A stretch of DNA of 63,075 bases, counting the filler, from Choristocarpus tenellus KU-1152 (Eukaryota > Protista > Phaeophyceae), in NCBI GenBank assembly GCA_964200185.2. It is 11 parts of 11 records of this genome, joined end to end, with 100 filler letters (N's around TTAATTAATTAA, not from the genome) between each part and the next. Parts side by side here need not be neighbours in the genome. Positions count along the whole stretch, not along the records: positions 10,407 to 14,164 come from CAXNAD020018113.1; positions 14,265 to 25,326 come from CAXNAD020002533.1; positions 25,427 to 29,339 come from CAXNAD020017191.1; 8 more parts are not named here. The stretch is one strand, 5' to 3'. The notes under the pieces were generated by a model. The model searched no databases and was not told where the DNA came from. It saw only the letters and a program-made list of their open reading frames with translations. Both the position numbers and the translations under genes were made by a program. Positions 13,218-26,383 of the stretch are shown here, one piece after another (the stretch's first letter is position 1; each line of letters begins with the position of its first letter).

Positions 13218-13358
13218 GGTGAGCACTGTGTTTAGTCAATCAGACAGACTGGTGAGCACTGTATTTAGTCAATCAGACACTGGTGAGCACTGTATTTAGT
13301 CAATCAGACACACTGGTGAGCACTGTATTTAGTCAATCAGACACACTGGTGAGCACTG
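13218..13358. repeat. Intronic minisatellite, 31-33-bp unit, about 4.3 copies
   Basis: ggtgagcactgt(g/a)tttagtcaatcagaca(ca/ga)ct repeated head to tail with no unique spacers. Confidence 0.95.
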
Positions 13359-13989
13359 CCTATATACACTACAAATAGAGCGCAATTGCCCACTTGCAGA
13401 GAGTAGCCTCTTTCAAAACAACACATTATCAAAAACTGTCTTTCAAATAGTGAGAAGGGTTGTGTGCAGTAAACTATAGAAATAATAGAACATTTAGTCC
13501 TTCAGGGTTAGGTAGGGGGTCTCGGCATGTGCAGAATAATTTTATTTCCAGGGCGAGACAAAAGCAGAACATATTCTCCTCCGTCTATGAATAATAAAAA
13601 AATATAAAAATTGATAAAAACAAAAAAACAAGGAATATTAAAAAAATAAAACAGAAAAAGGTTCCAAACAGATCACACACACACAATATTAATATTATCT
13701 AGAGTACTACTTACCATTACTATTACTACATATTGTATATAGAACTACTACAAAAAAAGTATAGTCCATTACCAAGACATCTCGATACAACCAATGGAAA
13801 CAGTTACAGACTTCAATTCTGATCTCTCAAGTCTACAAAAAAAAGAGAGGTTCAGGTATTTTTGAAACCAATCTCATCTACTCAAAAGGTTCATTTTCTT
13901 ATTTTCTTGAAAAAAGAGTCACTCCCCCAAGAAAAATCTAATTGTATAGTTTTTTGTTTAAATATACATCATGGATTAGCACAATATAA

Positions 13990-14164
13990 GGGTCAAAGTA
14001 TCTTGGGGGGGGGGGGGTGTCAGCGTCCGTTTTTCACCCTTTTTTCGATTTTCACTTTTTTTTTTGTGTGATTTGGTCACACGGGTCGGATTTGAAATAA
14101 TTTCAGCAAAATAAAGGGTTGTTTGGCCGAAACGGACGCCCCCTCACCAACCACACCCCCCCCC
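13990..14164. mobile_element. MITE family B-like copy, degraded or low quality, at contig end
   Basis: Starts GGGTCAAAGTATCTTGGGG; loosely similar interior; ends in poly-C at the contig break. Confidence 0.65.
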
Positions 14165-14920
14165 NNNNNNNNNNNNNNNNNNNNNNNNNNNNNNNNNNNN
14201 NNNNNNNNTTAATTAATTAANNNNNNNNNNNNNNNNNNNNNNNNNNNNNNNNNNNNNNNNNNNNCCTAAGTCCAGAAAGAACAAAGTGCTAGCACTGAAA
14301 CAAACTCTCCCTGACTTTGAGTTGTGGAGACCAGGACATGCGTATGTTTGCCTACCTCAAACGCAGAGGTTGTCCCCCTGAGGCGCTGCCCAGCACCCCC
14401 TTTCGATTCTTCCATTTGGTCTTCTTTGGCACACTGCCCTCCATGATCAGTAGAGTTGGGAATGGCCGGTGTAGGCATATGGGGTGTGGTTATGACATCT
14501 GCAAGAACGTTTTAGTCCATTCTGGATGTCTATATCCAAATTCTCAAGCACTTGCAACGCTGCAGAAGGCGATTACCTATCATTTTCTACAAAAAGCGTA
14601 AGAGCTAATGGTAATCTGTATGTAGCCACCATGTTGTTTCCATAAAAAAAACTTGCGACATTGAGAGGGCTTGACATAACGCAATGTACATGCAAAAACA
14701 AGGGACTGTAAGATAATGCTAACAATCCTCCTACGGATCCTTTCCCTGCAGTCAGGCATTCAACCTGCTGCATTTATTGTAGCCAGAATGTCTTATATGT
14801 GGGAGTTACAACATCTGCATAAACACCATTGGAACACTCAATCAAGCAGAGTAAAACCACGTCTTGTTTCAAGAGTTTTAACTTCCAGCATCTCAAGAAG
14901 CATAGGGGGTCCAAATCTAC

Positions 14921-15922
14921 CTGCCATCCAAATCCTTCCCCTTGCGTTTGCCCTTGCCGCTCCCTTGTCCCGCCCCAGTATGAGTTTTTGCTCCAGTTTC
15001 CACATCCCCCCCTGTGTTATCTCCTCCACGGATGCCACTCCTGACGGCGGAAGACGCACGTTCCAGAGCCTCTCTTGGCGTGAATGCTGTGGAACCGGTA
15101 AATCGGAATATGATAGGAGCTTCCCCTGCTGCCTGTCGCTGTAGACGGAGAAGTGCTCGAGGCTCACTTGCTGGGGAGCACTGGTGAGTTGACATTTTTA
15201 AGAGGGAGACTCTTGGTAAGTGTTGAAGCATGGTTTCTGCGGGACGTCATGGTGCAGGGTACATGGAGGAACATGTCTGAGAAAATATGCAGCTTGGGTA
15301 CATAGGCAATGTATTGGGATCAAACGAAACGCGCAAGGTTAGCTGAAACTTACTATTTGAGAATAGAAGGGAAGCACAAAATGCGGGTTGACCTAACATC
15401 GCAAGTTAATAACTTAGTACCACAGGCACTAAGGTGTCAACACTTCTCCATTTTGGAACACGATTATGGCCTTACATGGTAAGATGAACTTTCACTTGTG
15501 TGGACAGATTTATGAATCGGAGTATGAGTTCAACGTAGACACTGGAAAACCTACAAGGATGTCGTTTATCAGGTGGCATAATGTTGATGCACATCAATAA
15601 ATGATCGAATGCTGTACAAGTAAGTTACGTTGTAGGACCTCTTTTCCCATATCAGGTAAACAACTTTTCATCAGCAAAATATGGAACAACTTATAGCGAC
15701 GCTAAGTTCCGCAGCCCAACCTATGGTACTTCAGGATTGGCAAACCTGGAAGCTCTTTACCGCAGCCCATGCAACCTCTACCCTTTGCACAGGTGCCTTG
15801 GCATCAATGGCAGTCCATAGTACACGGTGAGAAGTGAACCAGGCCCTCCCAGAAAACTTCTTGTGCACAATGTCTTCAGTGACAACCACCTTCTCCCCAG
15901 GTCCAAGGTTTGGGCCATTCAT
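14921..15922 (-). CDS. Probable TFIIH p62 subunit (GTF2H1/Tfb1), N-terminal PH domain, 3' incomplete
   Basis: Exon 1 15922-15746 and exon 2 15180-14921 (GT-AG, phase 0) give MNGPNL...HKKFSGRAWFTSHRVLWT...VEVAWAAVKSFQ|CSPASEPRALLRLQ...IIFRFTG...PREALE, matching the p62 PH pattern (KK..G.L.....I.W ... Q.SP...K..LQL ... F.F ... R). A possible exon 3 lies near 14434-14356. Confidence 0.65.
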
Positions 15923-16130
15923 TCTCACCTCTCAACAAGGGTATGGTTTTGGACTCTGATGTTTTCACCTCTCAACAAGGGTATGGTTTTGGACTCTGAT
16001 GTTTTCATAGAAGAGTGTTCTGGCACAAATTTAAAGTCTGGCGAGCGAACCGCGCATTCCGCGATATTCATGTTCAACCAACTGATCATGTGAGTTGAGG
16101 CTGTGACCAAGTATAAGAGAGTGAACAGAG
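15923..16130. promoter_or_regulatory. Putative bidirectional promoter/UTR region
   Basis: Only 208 bp separate the divergent ATGs of the p62-like gene and ccdA; function inferred from geometry only. Confidence 0.45.
15925..16007. repeat. Exact 40-bp tandem duplication just upstream of the p62-like ATG
   Basis: tcacctctcaacaagggtatggttttggactctgatgttt at 15925 and 15965. Confidence 0.95.
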
Positions 16131-18016
16131 ATGAAGGCCTCAATCGTCACGTCCTTGCTCATATGCCCCTCATGTTCCTTGAAACTTTCAGGGGGATGGT
16201 TAGGAATGGGAACTACAACAATTTCCTCTTCGAGAATACGATCGACAGCAATCAGCACCTTCGCAGGAAGCTCATCCATGGTATCATTCAACCATGGTTT
16301 GCGCGAGGTGACCAGACGACCTGGGGAAGGTACTTTGGATGGACACTGGCGAAGGCGACATAGATCAGCTATCGATATGTTGGACTCAACTGGACTTTTC
16401 CAGTTGCAACAACAGGCGGGACAGCTGGCCTCTACGGAGGTAGGCTGTGACTGAATCAAAGTTGCAAGGTGACAACTTGGTAGCAGACACACGGGTATTC
16501 ACACAGGCTGTTTTGGACTCCCTCTCCTTTGCTGTGGGTTTTCTTTCTTCGTCTTATCATCCACCCATCCCCATCCCCACCCCCATCCCCACCCCCCACC
16601 CCTGCTCGTCTCTCTCCTTGGAAGTTGACGCATATCAGTCCAGGAAGTGCGGCCATCTTGTACGGAACAGGACTGCTCATGTCCTTCTCCCCCTGCGCAC
16701 TGTCACTGCTCCCACTGACTATGGGATATATTGCCGGGACGGAGGATGAGGATGAAGATGGGGCGTCTGGATTCATTCCATCGGCAGCTTTCGCACTAGG
16801 TAAAGGCCTTGACTAAATTTACTCTGGTTGATACTGAAAAGTATTCATGTAAAATTGTCTGATCTGAAGTCCGCATCTCGAATATTGCATTTGGTCACCA
16901 TCACCACCCCCCCACCTTTATCCAGAGTATTCGTTAGCGTGCAGTTCTCTTGACGTTTCTGAACCTCAACTCGCTCTTGTTGATTACAGGGCTTGCAACC
17001 GTACTTTCTACGCTTGGCCTTTCAGCTACTTTGGCGGGTAGAGTGGTAGGCACGACAGATGGTACCGGACTGAGCGCCACACTTCTTCCGCTAGCTGCAT
17101 CAGCAATTGCGGTGGTGATGGGGTTGAATGTTCTGGAGCTGGTAACATTCAACCTTCCTTCGTTTGAAGGGGGTATAGATGCACTTCTCAAGCTGCCGAG
17201 GACGGCTAGGGCCTTCCTTCTAGGTAAGAATAGTGACAAATACAAAATGGTCACACTGTATGCGCATCCATAGCGCAGCCTCATGCACTACTCTGCTCTC
17301 CACGTTGTATCATACTTGTCATTACTTTCCGCTGTAATGTCTTAGCAGACTGCAGGGTGAAATGACACAAATCGAGATTGTGACAGGACTGAAAGCTCAC
17401 AATCTTCTCTATGCAAAGTAGGTGACAGGACAAATTCAAAATTAGTTTTTCGCTTCGATACTTGCAGGAAGTACAATTTAATCTGCAGACACAACTATAT
17501 GCCTTCAGGATGTCTTACCCACAGTCATGGTGCAGTGGAGTATAATTATCTTCCACTATAACAACCATGATTCTGAATTCATCCCATCAACTTTTTTTTT
17601 AAAGTGCCTTTGCCCAATTCACTTACATCCTTCATTCGCTTACTTCCTCCGCTTCCTTTCTCCTACTGTCATTGCAGAATAGATCACTCCTTGCCCCCCC
17701 TCCTCCCCTGCTCTGCAAAAAACATTGTAAACCAGGGTCATCCTCTGCCCTGGTGGCATCCCCTTGCTGTACCCCAGTGCTTGCCTCCATCCTTGGCTTT
17801 GTGGCCTCCTCCCAGGACCCTCTCCTTGGCCTATGCCTGCTTCTTTCGTACTCTGTTGGATACACCACACCTCTAATGATTGCAGGAACTGCTTCGGGTG
17901 CCCTTTCGAAGTTGATGTCTGCCAAGGGTCTCACCTGGATCACCCCAGCAAGTGGGGCCCTCCTCATCTCGTACGGCACCTACAGTGGCCTTACAGCTCT
18001 GTTTGGTGAAGGATGA
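16131..18016 (+). CDS. ccdA: Cytochrome c biogenesis protein CcdA (DsbD transmembrane family), nuclear-encoded, 332 aa
   Basis: Exons 16131-16439, 16625-16799, 16990-17223 and 17736-18016 (999 nt, all GT-AG, phases consistent); motifs GLLMSFSPCALSLLPL.MGYI and ALVASPCCTPVLASIL; N-terminal extension of about 90 aa. The start codon is less certain than the core. Confidence 0.92.
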
Positions 18017-20182
18017 GAGATTACAGGAGAGGGGAAATGTCACAGGTGTGTGTGACTTTTCAGAGAAATTTGCGAAGGATGCTCTTCCTGAGAGGTGTGT
18101 GTGCCGGAGGAGGGGAACTGAGTTGGTAATAGTAACAACGGTTTTAGGCAAACATGGGTGGAGGGAAAACCTTTTAGATACTCTCTAGCCATGCAGAACA
18201 GCAATATAACTCCACACAAAAAATCGTCTTGACTATTGTGGGGGTCACTTGTATTACACTGCACTCCACCATCCGGTCCTTCTGATGTAACCTCGTGGGG
18301 AAAAACCAGAAATATTTCGAAGTGATGATGCCTGACTTCAGTGGTATACTTGCTGAACGGTCTACCAAGCTGTTTTGTGGTCAATTTTTTTGTTGTTGTT
18401 GACATCATGCAGAAAATACAACTATGGAAAGTTTGCTGAAGAAGTGGAAGTGGGCTGGAAATAGCCCTATCCCTGACCATGAATCAGAGCCGACTGAAGC
18501 GTTGAGAAGAGCAGAAGGTTGATGGGTGGTGAGCTGGCTGATATGTACATGTAGTGAGCACTACGAGATAGTGAAAAGGATGGTATTCTTGTATGCCTTG
18601 ATATGGAATCTGGAAATCTCACTCTTTACCATTTTGAGATGTTCGATTTGGTAGCATGAAGTCAAGTGCATGCCAGCATCACGCCGCATTGATGAAAAGG
18701 AAATGTTGACATGATCTTTGAATCTATGAATCTCAATGAAACAAAATTGCAATGGAGCAAGTGCCTACACAAGCTGAGCTCAGCAAGAGGGGGATAGGTC
18801 TGATGAGAGCTCTCAAGGAGAAGGCAGCACAATGAGCCTGCATGTCGCATAAACCGTGCGCAATTTCATCTTCCACGTGTCTCTACATACTATTAATGCT
18901 GGTAGTACATACTCTAATGAGCACATTGTTTTTTTCATGGACGCATCTACCATGATTCAATTCCAAGAGTACTATTATCAGTAACAGGTTGTGATACATC
19001 TACCTGCTAATACTACTCTTCTATTTTTTTATGTCATACAAAATTGGTATAGTGGCTTTCTATATTCTCGTTCTTCTTTTTCCCTCCGAGACGTAAGCAG
19101 AGTATCTGTGGTGGGCTGCTGAGTAGGCAAGGACTCATCAAGGGTGTGGGAGAGGTGTGTAGTTCGTGCTGATGATACAATGAAGATACCACTGGTGGAA
19201 TAGAGACCATGGGAGGTAGAGCCAGTATAGTACTCAACGACTGGTTAGGCTTTTTGGGCGTTACGTTGACGTGGAATGTGAATCGTGACCTCGTATGCCA
19301 GTGCTGTACCTTTGTACATTGGCGTATAGTGTCTGTGCAGTAAGGGATAGTATCCACAGGTAGTGGAGCTAACATATGATATATACCACCAGTGGAGTAG
19401 GTAATGGTGGTAGATTCAGTGATATATCTACCGACCAATTGTTACGTTCATTGGAACTACAGCAGTTTCCTGGCATGCGTAGATAGCTCAAATGCCTTCA
19501 GGGTTACCTTGTGGGTACAGCCAGTGTGTGCCCTGCCTGGAAGTAAACCTGAGGCCACAATATTTGTGATGGTACACTTCTAATTCCAGCGTTGTACATA
19601 CATTGGTTTTTCATGAAGTGTTAAGCTCATTGGGTCCTCAGCTTATGCCACTGCTCACCCTTAAGAGGCTACCAGTGTCTGCAAAGAAAGACTCCAAACA
19701 CATTATAAAATGCCACATTAAGTAGTTACAGAAATATATCATGAACCGCACACCACAGTTGAGGTTCCTACAGCAGGCAATAGCCTGTGATGATGAATGA
19801 CCATGCCCTTCTTGGTGCCTTTAAAACCTTGGGTTCAAAAGAGCAAGCCTTGCCAGGAAGCTGTATTATTTATGCAACCAGCCTATGTCAAAGTTGAGGC
19901 TGGATGGCACAATACAGCAAAGGGGACAAAATACACTGCTAATTCTTAAGCAGTACTCCTCAACATCCAAAACAGTTACGACACTATGCACATATGTAGG
20001 CAGAACAACAAAGTTACATAACCCCCATCGTGACAGTGTAGATGCCAGAGGAGAGGATCACAGCAATCAAGGTCCGACTTGTTTTTGTTTTGGTTTGAGA
20101 AAGAAATGACCCCCTCAGTGGACTGTTTGCAACCTGTCACAACCACTCCGAGATACATCATTTCCTAATACTGATAGTAGTT

Positions 20183-23100
20183 TTAGAGATCACTTGCTGT
20201 GACTGCACTGGATTGGATGGCGGTTTCATAAGCAGCAATGATGAGAGACTTGATCCTATCCACACCAACGTTGTGTTTGACTTGCGCAAATACAGTGTCT
20301 CCATCTCCACGCATCACCTTGGACTCTCGTCTCATGACCTTCAAAGACCAACAAGGAGGCAAGCTGAGTGGGGATTGTTCTAATGTTTTGCAATACAAAC
20401 TCCTTAATGTGCTTTCCAAGTCTTTTGACCTTTCTATGTTTTTGGCGTGTATTTGTTTGCCCACTAATGAGTTTTGCGCTCACATGGTAGTGTTACGCTA
20501 GTTTGCAGACAAAAGCACCAAACAAAACCCTTCAGATACAGGTTGAGTTGTTAGATTATGCGTAACTAGGCAGTACATAAGATAGTTAAGCAATAGACTT
20601 GTAAACATAGACAATAGTGGTGTACCAAGCATGCCATACTTGTAGAGCGTCTAAGAGTGATACATCAGTGGATCCCTATGGTCATCCCTCTAATTCTGGA
20701 AAATATAAATCACTGTTTCTACAAATTAACAAAAAGAGTTTGGCAACGAGCTTCACCAACAATGCTTGCTTCTGTGTCCTGCGCTCGGCCAGTATTCAAC
20801 AGGGCATAAGAGTCAAGGGCCTTGAGCCTTATGTCACGGGCGGTTGGAGTCACCACTGGTAGAAATGTTACTTGAGAATATCTTGTGCCCTTTGACAGAA
20901 TAAGTGCACTACACATCCCATCTCAAAAATAAAAACAAAATAACAGATGATCATCCCAGGATGACCTTCTCAACGCTGCTGATGTACAACACCAGCAAAG
21001 GAAAGCGTCGTAACACACATCGTCTTCAACAGACACCACAAAGGAGATATCAAAGGATCAAAACTGCTTTTTGTTTCTCGATTTTCTAGTGTACACTCTA
21101 CAGTAGACTTCCTATACAGTTCACACAGCCTTCTGTCTTCACGAGCTCACCTCTAGATCTGCGCCAACCACCTCCGCTAGGTCAGTCTTGTTCACTATGA
21201 GGAGATCCGACTGGGTGATGCCAGGGCCACCCTTCCGAGGCACCTTGTCTCCGCCTGCTACATCTATCACGTATATTATATAGTCTGCCAGCTCCCTGCT
21301 GTAGTTGGCCGCAAGGTTGTCTGGGGACAGGGATTGGTGCCACAAGCAAGTAAGAAGAGCAATGTCATTGATGTACATGCTATGCCTTTCAGCTTATGAA
21401 CAGCTTTATCAAGGAGATGATGCACGGTAAGCGATAGCTATGTAGTCACCTTCAGACAGTCCGGGACAACGTAACACAAAACAAGTGCCATCCATGTACT
21501 TGTTTTTACTTTACCTCAGGGGGGACAAGTCACGCAAGAGAAGGGGTGGAGAAGATGGGACTGCAGAAGTGCTTGTCAACACATCATTGTTCGCGCCATG
21601 TCTCACACCCTTCCCTGCCCTTGTTTGTTTACTCTCTTTCCTCCACTCTCTCCCATACTCTTGCCATTTTTTTCAAAACGAAGTGAAGTATATGTTGCAA
21701 CCTACTCTACTTGTTTCATCTCTGATTCACACCACCTCACACATGCGAAATGACTCGCCTTGGCACACTAGTCCTACACACTGCTTAGATATATTCAGAA
21801 AATAGGGGTTGCCGGTTAAAGTGCAAACCTCTCACCAATTAGGAGCAAGAACAATAGCATTCACGCCATTAACCCAGGACAACATGTATTGCAGACCTGG
21901 ATATGACCTGCCTAGTCTACACACACAATCTTTGAGGGGAAGAACAGACCTACCTCCGCCAGATTCAATTAGTACAATGTCAGCTGTGTGCATGGCTGTC
22001 AGGTTTTCGCAGGCCATGAGGTTAGCACTTATGTCCTCTCGAATTGCAGCATGAGGACAACCCCCAGTCTCTATGGCCATGATCCTTGGGGACAGCAGTC
22101 ACAGCAGGGATGTGAAACAGTAGTTTAAGGCGGATATTGGGGACTGGTTGAGGGGAGAGGTAACAGTGGCTGATCAGAGTATAAAATAAAAAATAACACT
22201 TGCACCAATCAAACACTGTACCAGAATTATCCTTAGTGCTCCAGATACCCAATCCTCAATGATTCCAGTACTTGATTGTTCAATAGAGGAAGAACTACCA
22301 CAGTTCACCAAGCAAATCGATCCCCGAGGGAGGCATACCTTGGCATAGGAGAGGGATCACTGAAGGCTACAGCTAGAACTAAAGACGCTGGGAGAGATCT
22401 GCAGGTTACAGTGGATTGCAATATGCATCTAATTTAACATACACATACCTGCCTTCCTCCAGTGCTGAATGCTTGGTCAGGAATTCCGCATCCTCTCTAG
22501 TGAAAATATCGTTTGTAACCTAGCATTTGCATGGATAAGTGAAAAGTGAGGCAGGATACAAGATATTCGCCAGGGTATCCATGGACATACTTGACAGGTA
22601 ACAAATCAAACAATAATCCCCTTTGGTCACACAAGCAGTTTCTAATTCACCGTCTGAGTTGCATTGTCCCTGCCCAACAACCGAGTCTACTTTAGTATAG
22701 TACATACATACCACTAAATGTTTCCTTACCGCACCAACACTGTAGTTCTCTCGGAGACCCCTGCAGAGCTCCAGCATTAATGCTGTCTTCCTGTGGGAAA
22801 GGAGAGGAAGTTGGAATATCGAGACCACAAGCCAGACTCATTCAGAAGCACCTTGATTAGAGAGGAGACTATGATATCTACCTGTCATATTTCAGGTGTT
22901 GACGTTGAGATCACAACTTGTTGGAAGGTCCTTCAAAGAAATCGCGATAGATCCGCAATGCAAAATGTCTAGACAGAGATCCTCAATTACTTACCCACTC
23001 CCCACAGGTCCACCAATGCCAACGGTAAACGCTCGCTCCCGTAGGTTGCGCGACATGGGAGGGTCGCGATCCTCGAATAATCCTGGATGGTCCATGTGCT

Positions 23101-23275
23101 CATGGGTGTGCCCATGATCCTCACGGTTTGTTCTGTGTTCATGCCCGTGCCAGTGCCCGTGGGCATGACCATGCTCGTGGCCGTGACGTTGCCCGTGCCC
23201 ATGCCCATGCTCGTGGGCATGACCATGCTCGTGGCCGTGTCCGTGAGTATGATCGTGACTCTCCGCATCCGACAT
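20183..23275 (-). CDS. ureG: Urease accessory GTPase UreG with His-rich N-terminus, 289 aa
   Basis: Exons 23275-22995, 22790-22730, 22519-22449, 22084-21954, 21320-21151 and 20338-20183 (870 nt); motifs [76 protein letters not shown]. Confidence 0.97.
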
Positions 23276-24422
23276 CGTCACCTCGTCGTCAGCGCTCTTT
23301 GCACCAACTCTGTGTTGGTACCGAACTATAAAATTCCTTCCATACAACATCAACTTCCCAAATTTCCCAGAGCTGGAGCTTGCTGCTCCAGAGCTTTAGA
23401 AAAAAACAAAAACGAAAAATTGTAGGTGAGACAACAGTGAAGACACAGGGGAAGCAGGTGACTGGGTTGTGGCCCACAGAGAGTCCAACCCAAGGGGAAC
23501 GAGCGCGAACTGAATGTTGATAATAAACCGCAATAGTGAGGGAGATGAACATCGTTCGCCCCATGATTAATAGTAGTTTTCAAACGGCACAGTGAGGACC
23601 GCTTACCATCCTCTCTTGGCGTCACTTTCTTACTTGGGTCCAATTATCCAGTTCACCGGCGTGGCTCAACAAGAGTGCGGTTGCTGCTCCATCCGCATTC
23701 CTCCCCAAGATGAGCTCAAGTGCAGATGAACGGTCCATGTCATAATTGGGGATTCACGAATTCTTTGCGCTTGGGAGCGCCGAACTCGTGGATCCCTGAT
23801 TATGAAGTGTGACTGGTATGAAATACATGTCAAACTCTGAGGGAGGAGGAAATTGCAGTGAGAAGGGATGACTCTTGGTGCCTAAATGGTTTCATAAGGG
23901 AATCTTGTTGTTTGGCTCACTTTTCACCAATGCAATGAAGGCGGGAGTGGAGTTACGATCCGTCTGCTTATGCGTCTTAGTGAGAACAATTCGGACACAC
24001 AAGCAAAGCGAGTGGACAACCAGATGGGACTCAGGTGGCAACCTTTGTGTGACTAGAGTATATGGTTGGTTGTTAGAGAGACATATCCTTCATGTATGTT
24101 CGTATTCATGATTTTTCTCCAAGCTGCTCATACCCATAAAGTTCCCTCCCTTCTGACCTAGTCTACACCCTGTATTTTCATGTTACTTCCAAATATGTTC
24201 TGTTCCACCTGAACTTTTTGTATAGCTCGTACATGATGCCTTGATTTGTTGGACTCAGGAGGATGGACTATTTTTTGCTACCTACACATGAGGCACCATG
24301 CTCAAGCAACTGTGATAATGCCCCTAGAGTTGTGTGTGTCTGGGTAGAATGATGTACAATGTACGAAGTAGGGATCGTAGTTGGGGTAACGGTTTGAACA
24401 TTGATAGTCCAGTAGATCCTAC

Positions 24423-25268
24423 CTGAAACTGAGCTTCTGGCTTCTTTTCCTTTCTATCCCTTTGAGTACGTGCCAGTGTTCCCATTTGCTCATTTTTCAT
24501 CTGCTTCAAACTACGGGCCCCACGCACAGGAAGTTTAGGCACCAAACTGCGAGTGGTACTTCTGCTGCACTATGAATGGAGGTGGTGATGTTATTTGTGA
24601 TTATTAATGTTGACCATGGTGATTTACAGTTCAAATTTAGTATGTATTCAAATTTTTAGTTTCTTCGTTTCAAATGTTGGCACACAATGTAAGAAAGTTC
24701 CTGACTGATGAGGGGCTGGAGGCACAGAAGCTCTTTTCTGTGCCATTTCTCCACCACCTAAAGCATAATCTCCTTTAATACCTCATCCGGACTATTGGTC
24801 ATGTATTGCTTAAGGAAGACTGAAGAATATGTAGACAAGGAGTTGACAGCAAGTAGCGAAGATGCACTTACCATGATTTTGCTACAAACTCTTTTTTAGT
24901 ATGTTGCTCCAAGTTTTTATGGTCGCAAGATTCTTGAGATGTAACTAGAGGAGAGAAGGTACATGCATGCAAGAGAGCACAGAAAACAAACGCAACCGAA
25001 ACAGCCCTGGGTTGCTTTACAATTTCAGAATACGATCGAGAACTATGAAACAGATAATGAATAGTGATGCAACAGCTGTGCTTCTGGACTAGTATTAATA
25101 CCACATCTTAACTCTATCGCACACGATAAGAAAGATGGCATAGGATGCACAGGGGTCCAAACCTGCATACCTCTCAACTAGGTTGACTCTTCTAGAGAAT
25201 TTAGCAGCTGCTGTTACTATGACTGGATTTCTGAAGTCTTCTGGTGGAGCTGCATTCCTTGCATCCTC
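24423..25268 (-). CDS. Candidate exons of an unidentified gene
   Basis: AG/GT-bounded open segments at 25268-25171 (EDARNAAPPEDFRNPVIV...), about 24945-24872, about 24757-24706 and about 24510-24423 (LKQMKNEQ...EAQFQ); I could not reconcile all phases and recognise no homology. Confidence 0.3.
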
Positions 25269-25272
25269 CTAT

Positions 25273-25326
25273 GAGTGAAACTATCTTAGAGGGTACGAAT
25301 TTTTCCCTGTTTGTCCATTTGTGGGG
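25273..25326. mobile_element. MITE family A terminus at contig end
   Basis: GAGTGAAACTATCTTAGAGGGTACGAATTT...GTCCATTTG. Confidence 0.85.
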
Positions 25327-25426
25327 NNNNNNNNNNNNNNNNNNNNNNNNNNNNNNNNNNNNNNNNNNNNTTAATTAATTAANNNNNNNNNNNNNNNNNN
25401 NNNNNNNNNNNNNNNNNNNNNNNNNN

Positions 25427-25588
25427 AAGCCCCAAATGGACAAACAGGACAAAATTCGTACCCTCTAAGATACTTTCACTCATATTGACACTTGCTAACA
25501 AACATGATAGCCAAAATGAATCAAAAACGCAACATTGGATTTTGGACCAAAAACGGATGTGGCCCTACCCTCTTGAATGGTTTGATTC
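25427..25588. mobile_element. Two abutting MITE family A fragments (probably nested)
   Basis: An A terminus (...CCCTCTAAGATACTTTCACTC, ending near 25481) is directly followed by the other half of an older A copy (atattgacacttgctaac...ctaccctcttgaatggtttgattc). Confidence 0.75.
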
Positions 25589-26124
25589 TCTGTAGGTGAC
25601 GCTTGCTGTATCCTCTTCCTTGTACATTTCTTCTTGTCTCCTTAACCAAAAATCATCTGAAAAATGTCAGCAGTTATAGCATAAAATGTAATCAAGAAAT
25701 AGTTGCAAATGTGTGGTGCCGTGTGATGCATATGTCACCATTGCCATGTATACTGGTCGTAAGCGCACAACTGCCATATACCCCAGGAAGCTACTGAAAA
25801 GAGGGGAGTCGCAGGCTATCAAAAACCACGTAATGTCTGTGCACAGAGGTGAGGGGGAGAGCTCAAATGAATGTTACAATAAAAAATCAATATTTTCACA
25901 TTCTCATCTTCTCATAATTGAAAAAACTGGCAAATAATCTTTGAAAGTGAATACAGATCTGCGGTCCATTGCCCACCACTCCTCGAAGGCAATGTGAAGA
26001 GTGCACCTAATTGATAGGAATGCTGTGTGATGATGAGGCAGGAGGGCCTCTGAAAATACAGGGGAGAGAGAACAAGCGTATGCTTGAGACAAAATGCTTT
26101 TTTGGTTGCTTTTTTAGCGGTATG

Positions 26125-26383
26125 GAGTGAAAGTATCTTAGATGGTACGAGTTTTGCCCCGTTTGTCCATTTGAGGCTTGGCTTCCCATGGAGGACTTGT
26201 ATGACATTTTCCTACTCCAAAATGTTTCGAAGTAGGTAAAATGTATACGTCATAAAAAGGTGCGTCCGTAACAAGGATATTGACTCTTCCTAACAAACAG
26301 GATAGCCAAAACTACATCAAAAACGCAACGTTGGATTTGTCCCCTAAATGGACACGACTCTACCCTTTAAGATACTTTGGCTC
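26125..26383. mobile_element. MITE family A, full copy (259 bp)
   Basis: GAGTGAAAGTATCTTAGA ... TAAGATACTTTGGCTC; atg/atg TSD; internal hairpin. Confidence 0.92.

Noticed and set aside
13218-13358. CRISPR-like spacing of a 31-33-bp repeat
   Set aside because: Head-to-tail units with no unique spacers, intronic, no cas genes, eukaryotic context.
16131-23275. ccdA plus ureG as a bacterial operon or contaminant
   Set aside because: Both have multiple spliceosomal introns, are convergent, and act in unrelated pathways.
23087-23425. ORFs with MPVPV/HARA repeats (23087-23425, 23128-23331, 22987-23268)
   Set aside because: Antisense or off-frame shadows of the ureG His-rich exon.
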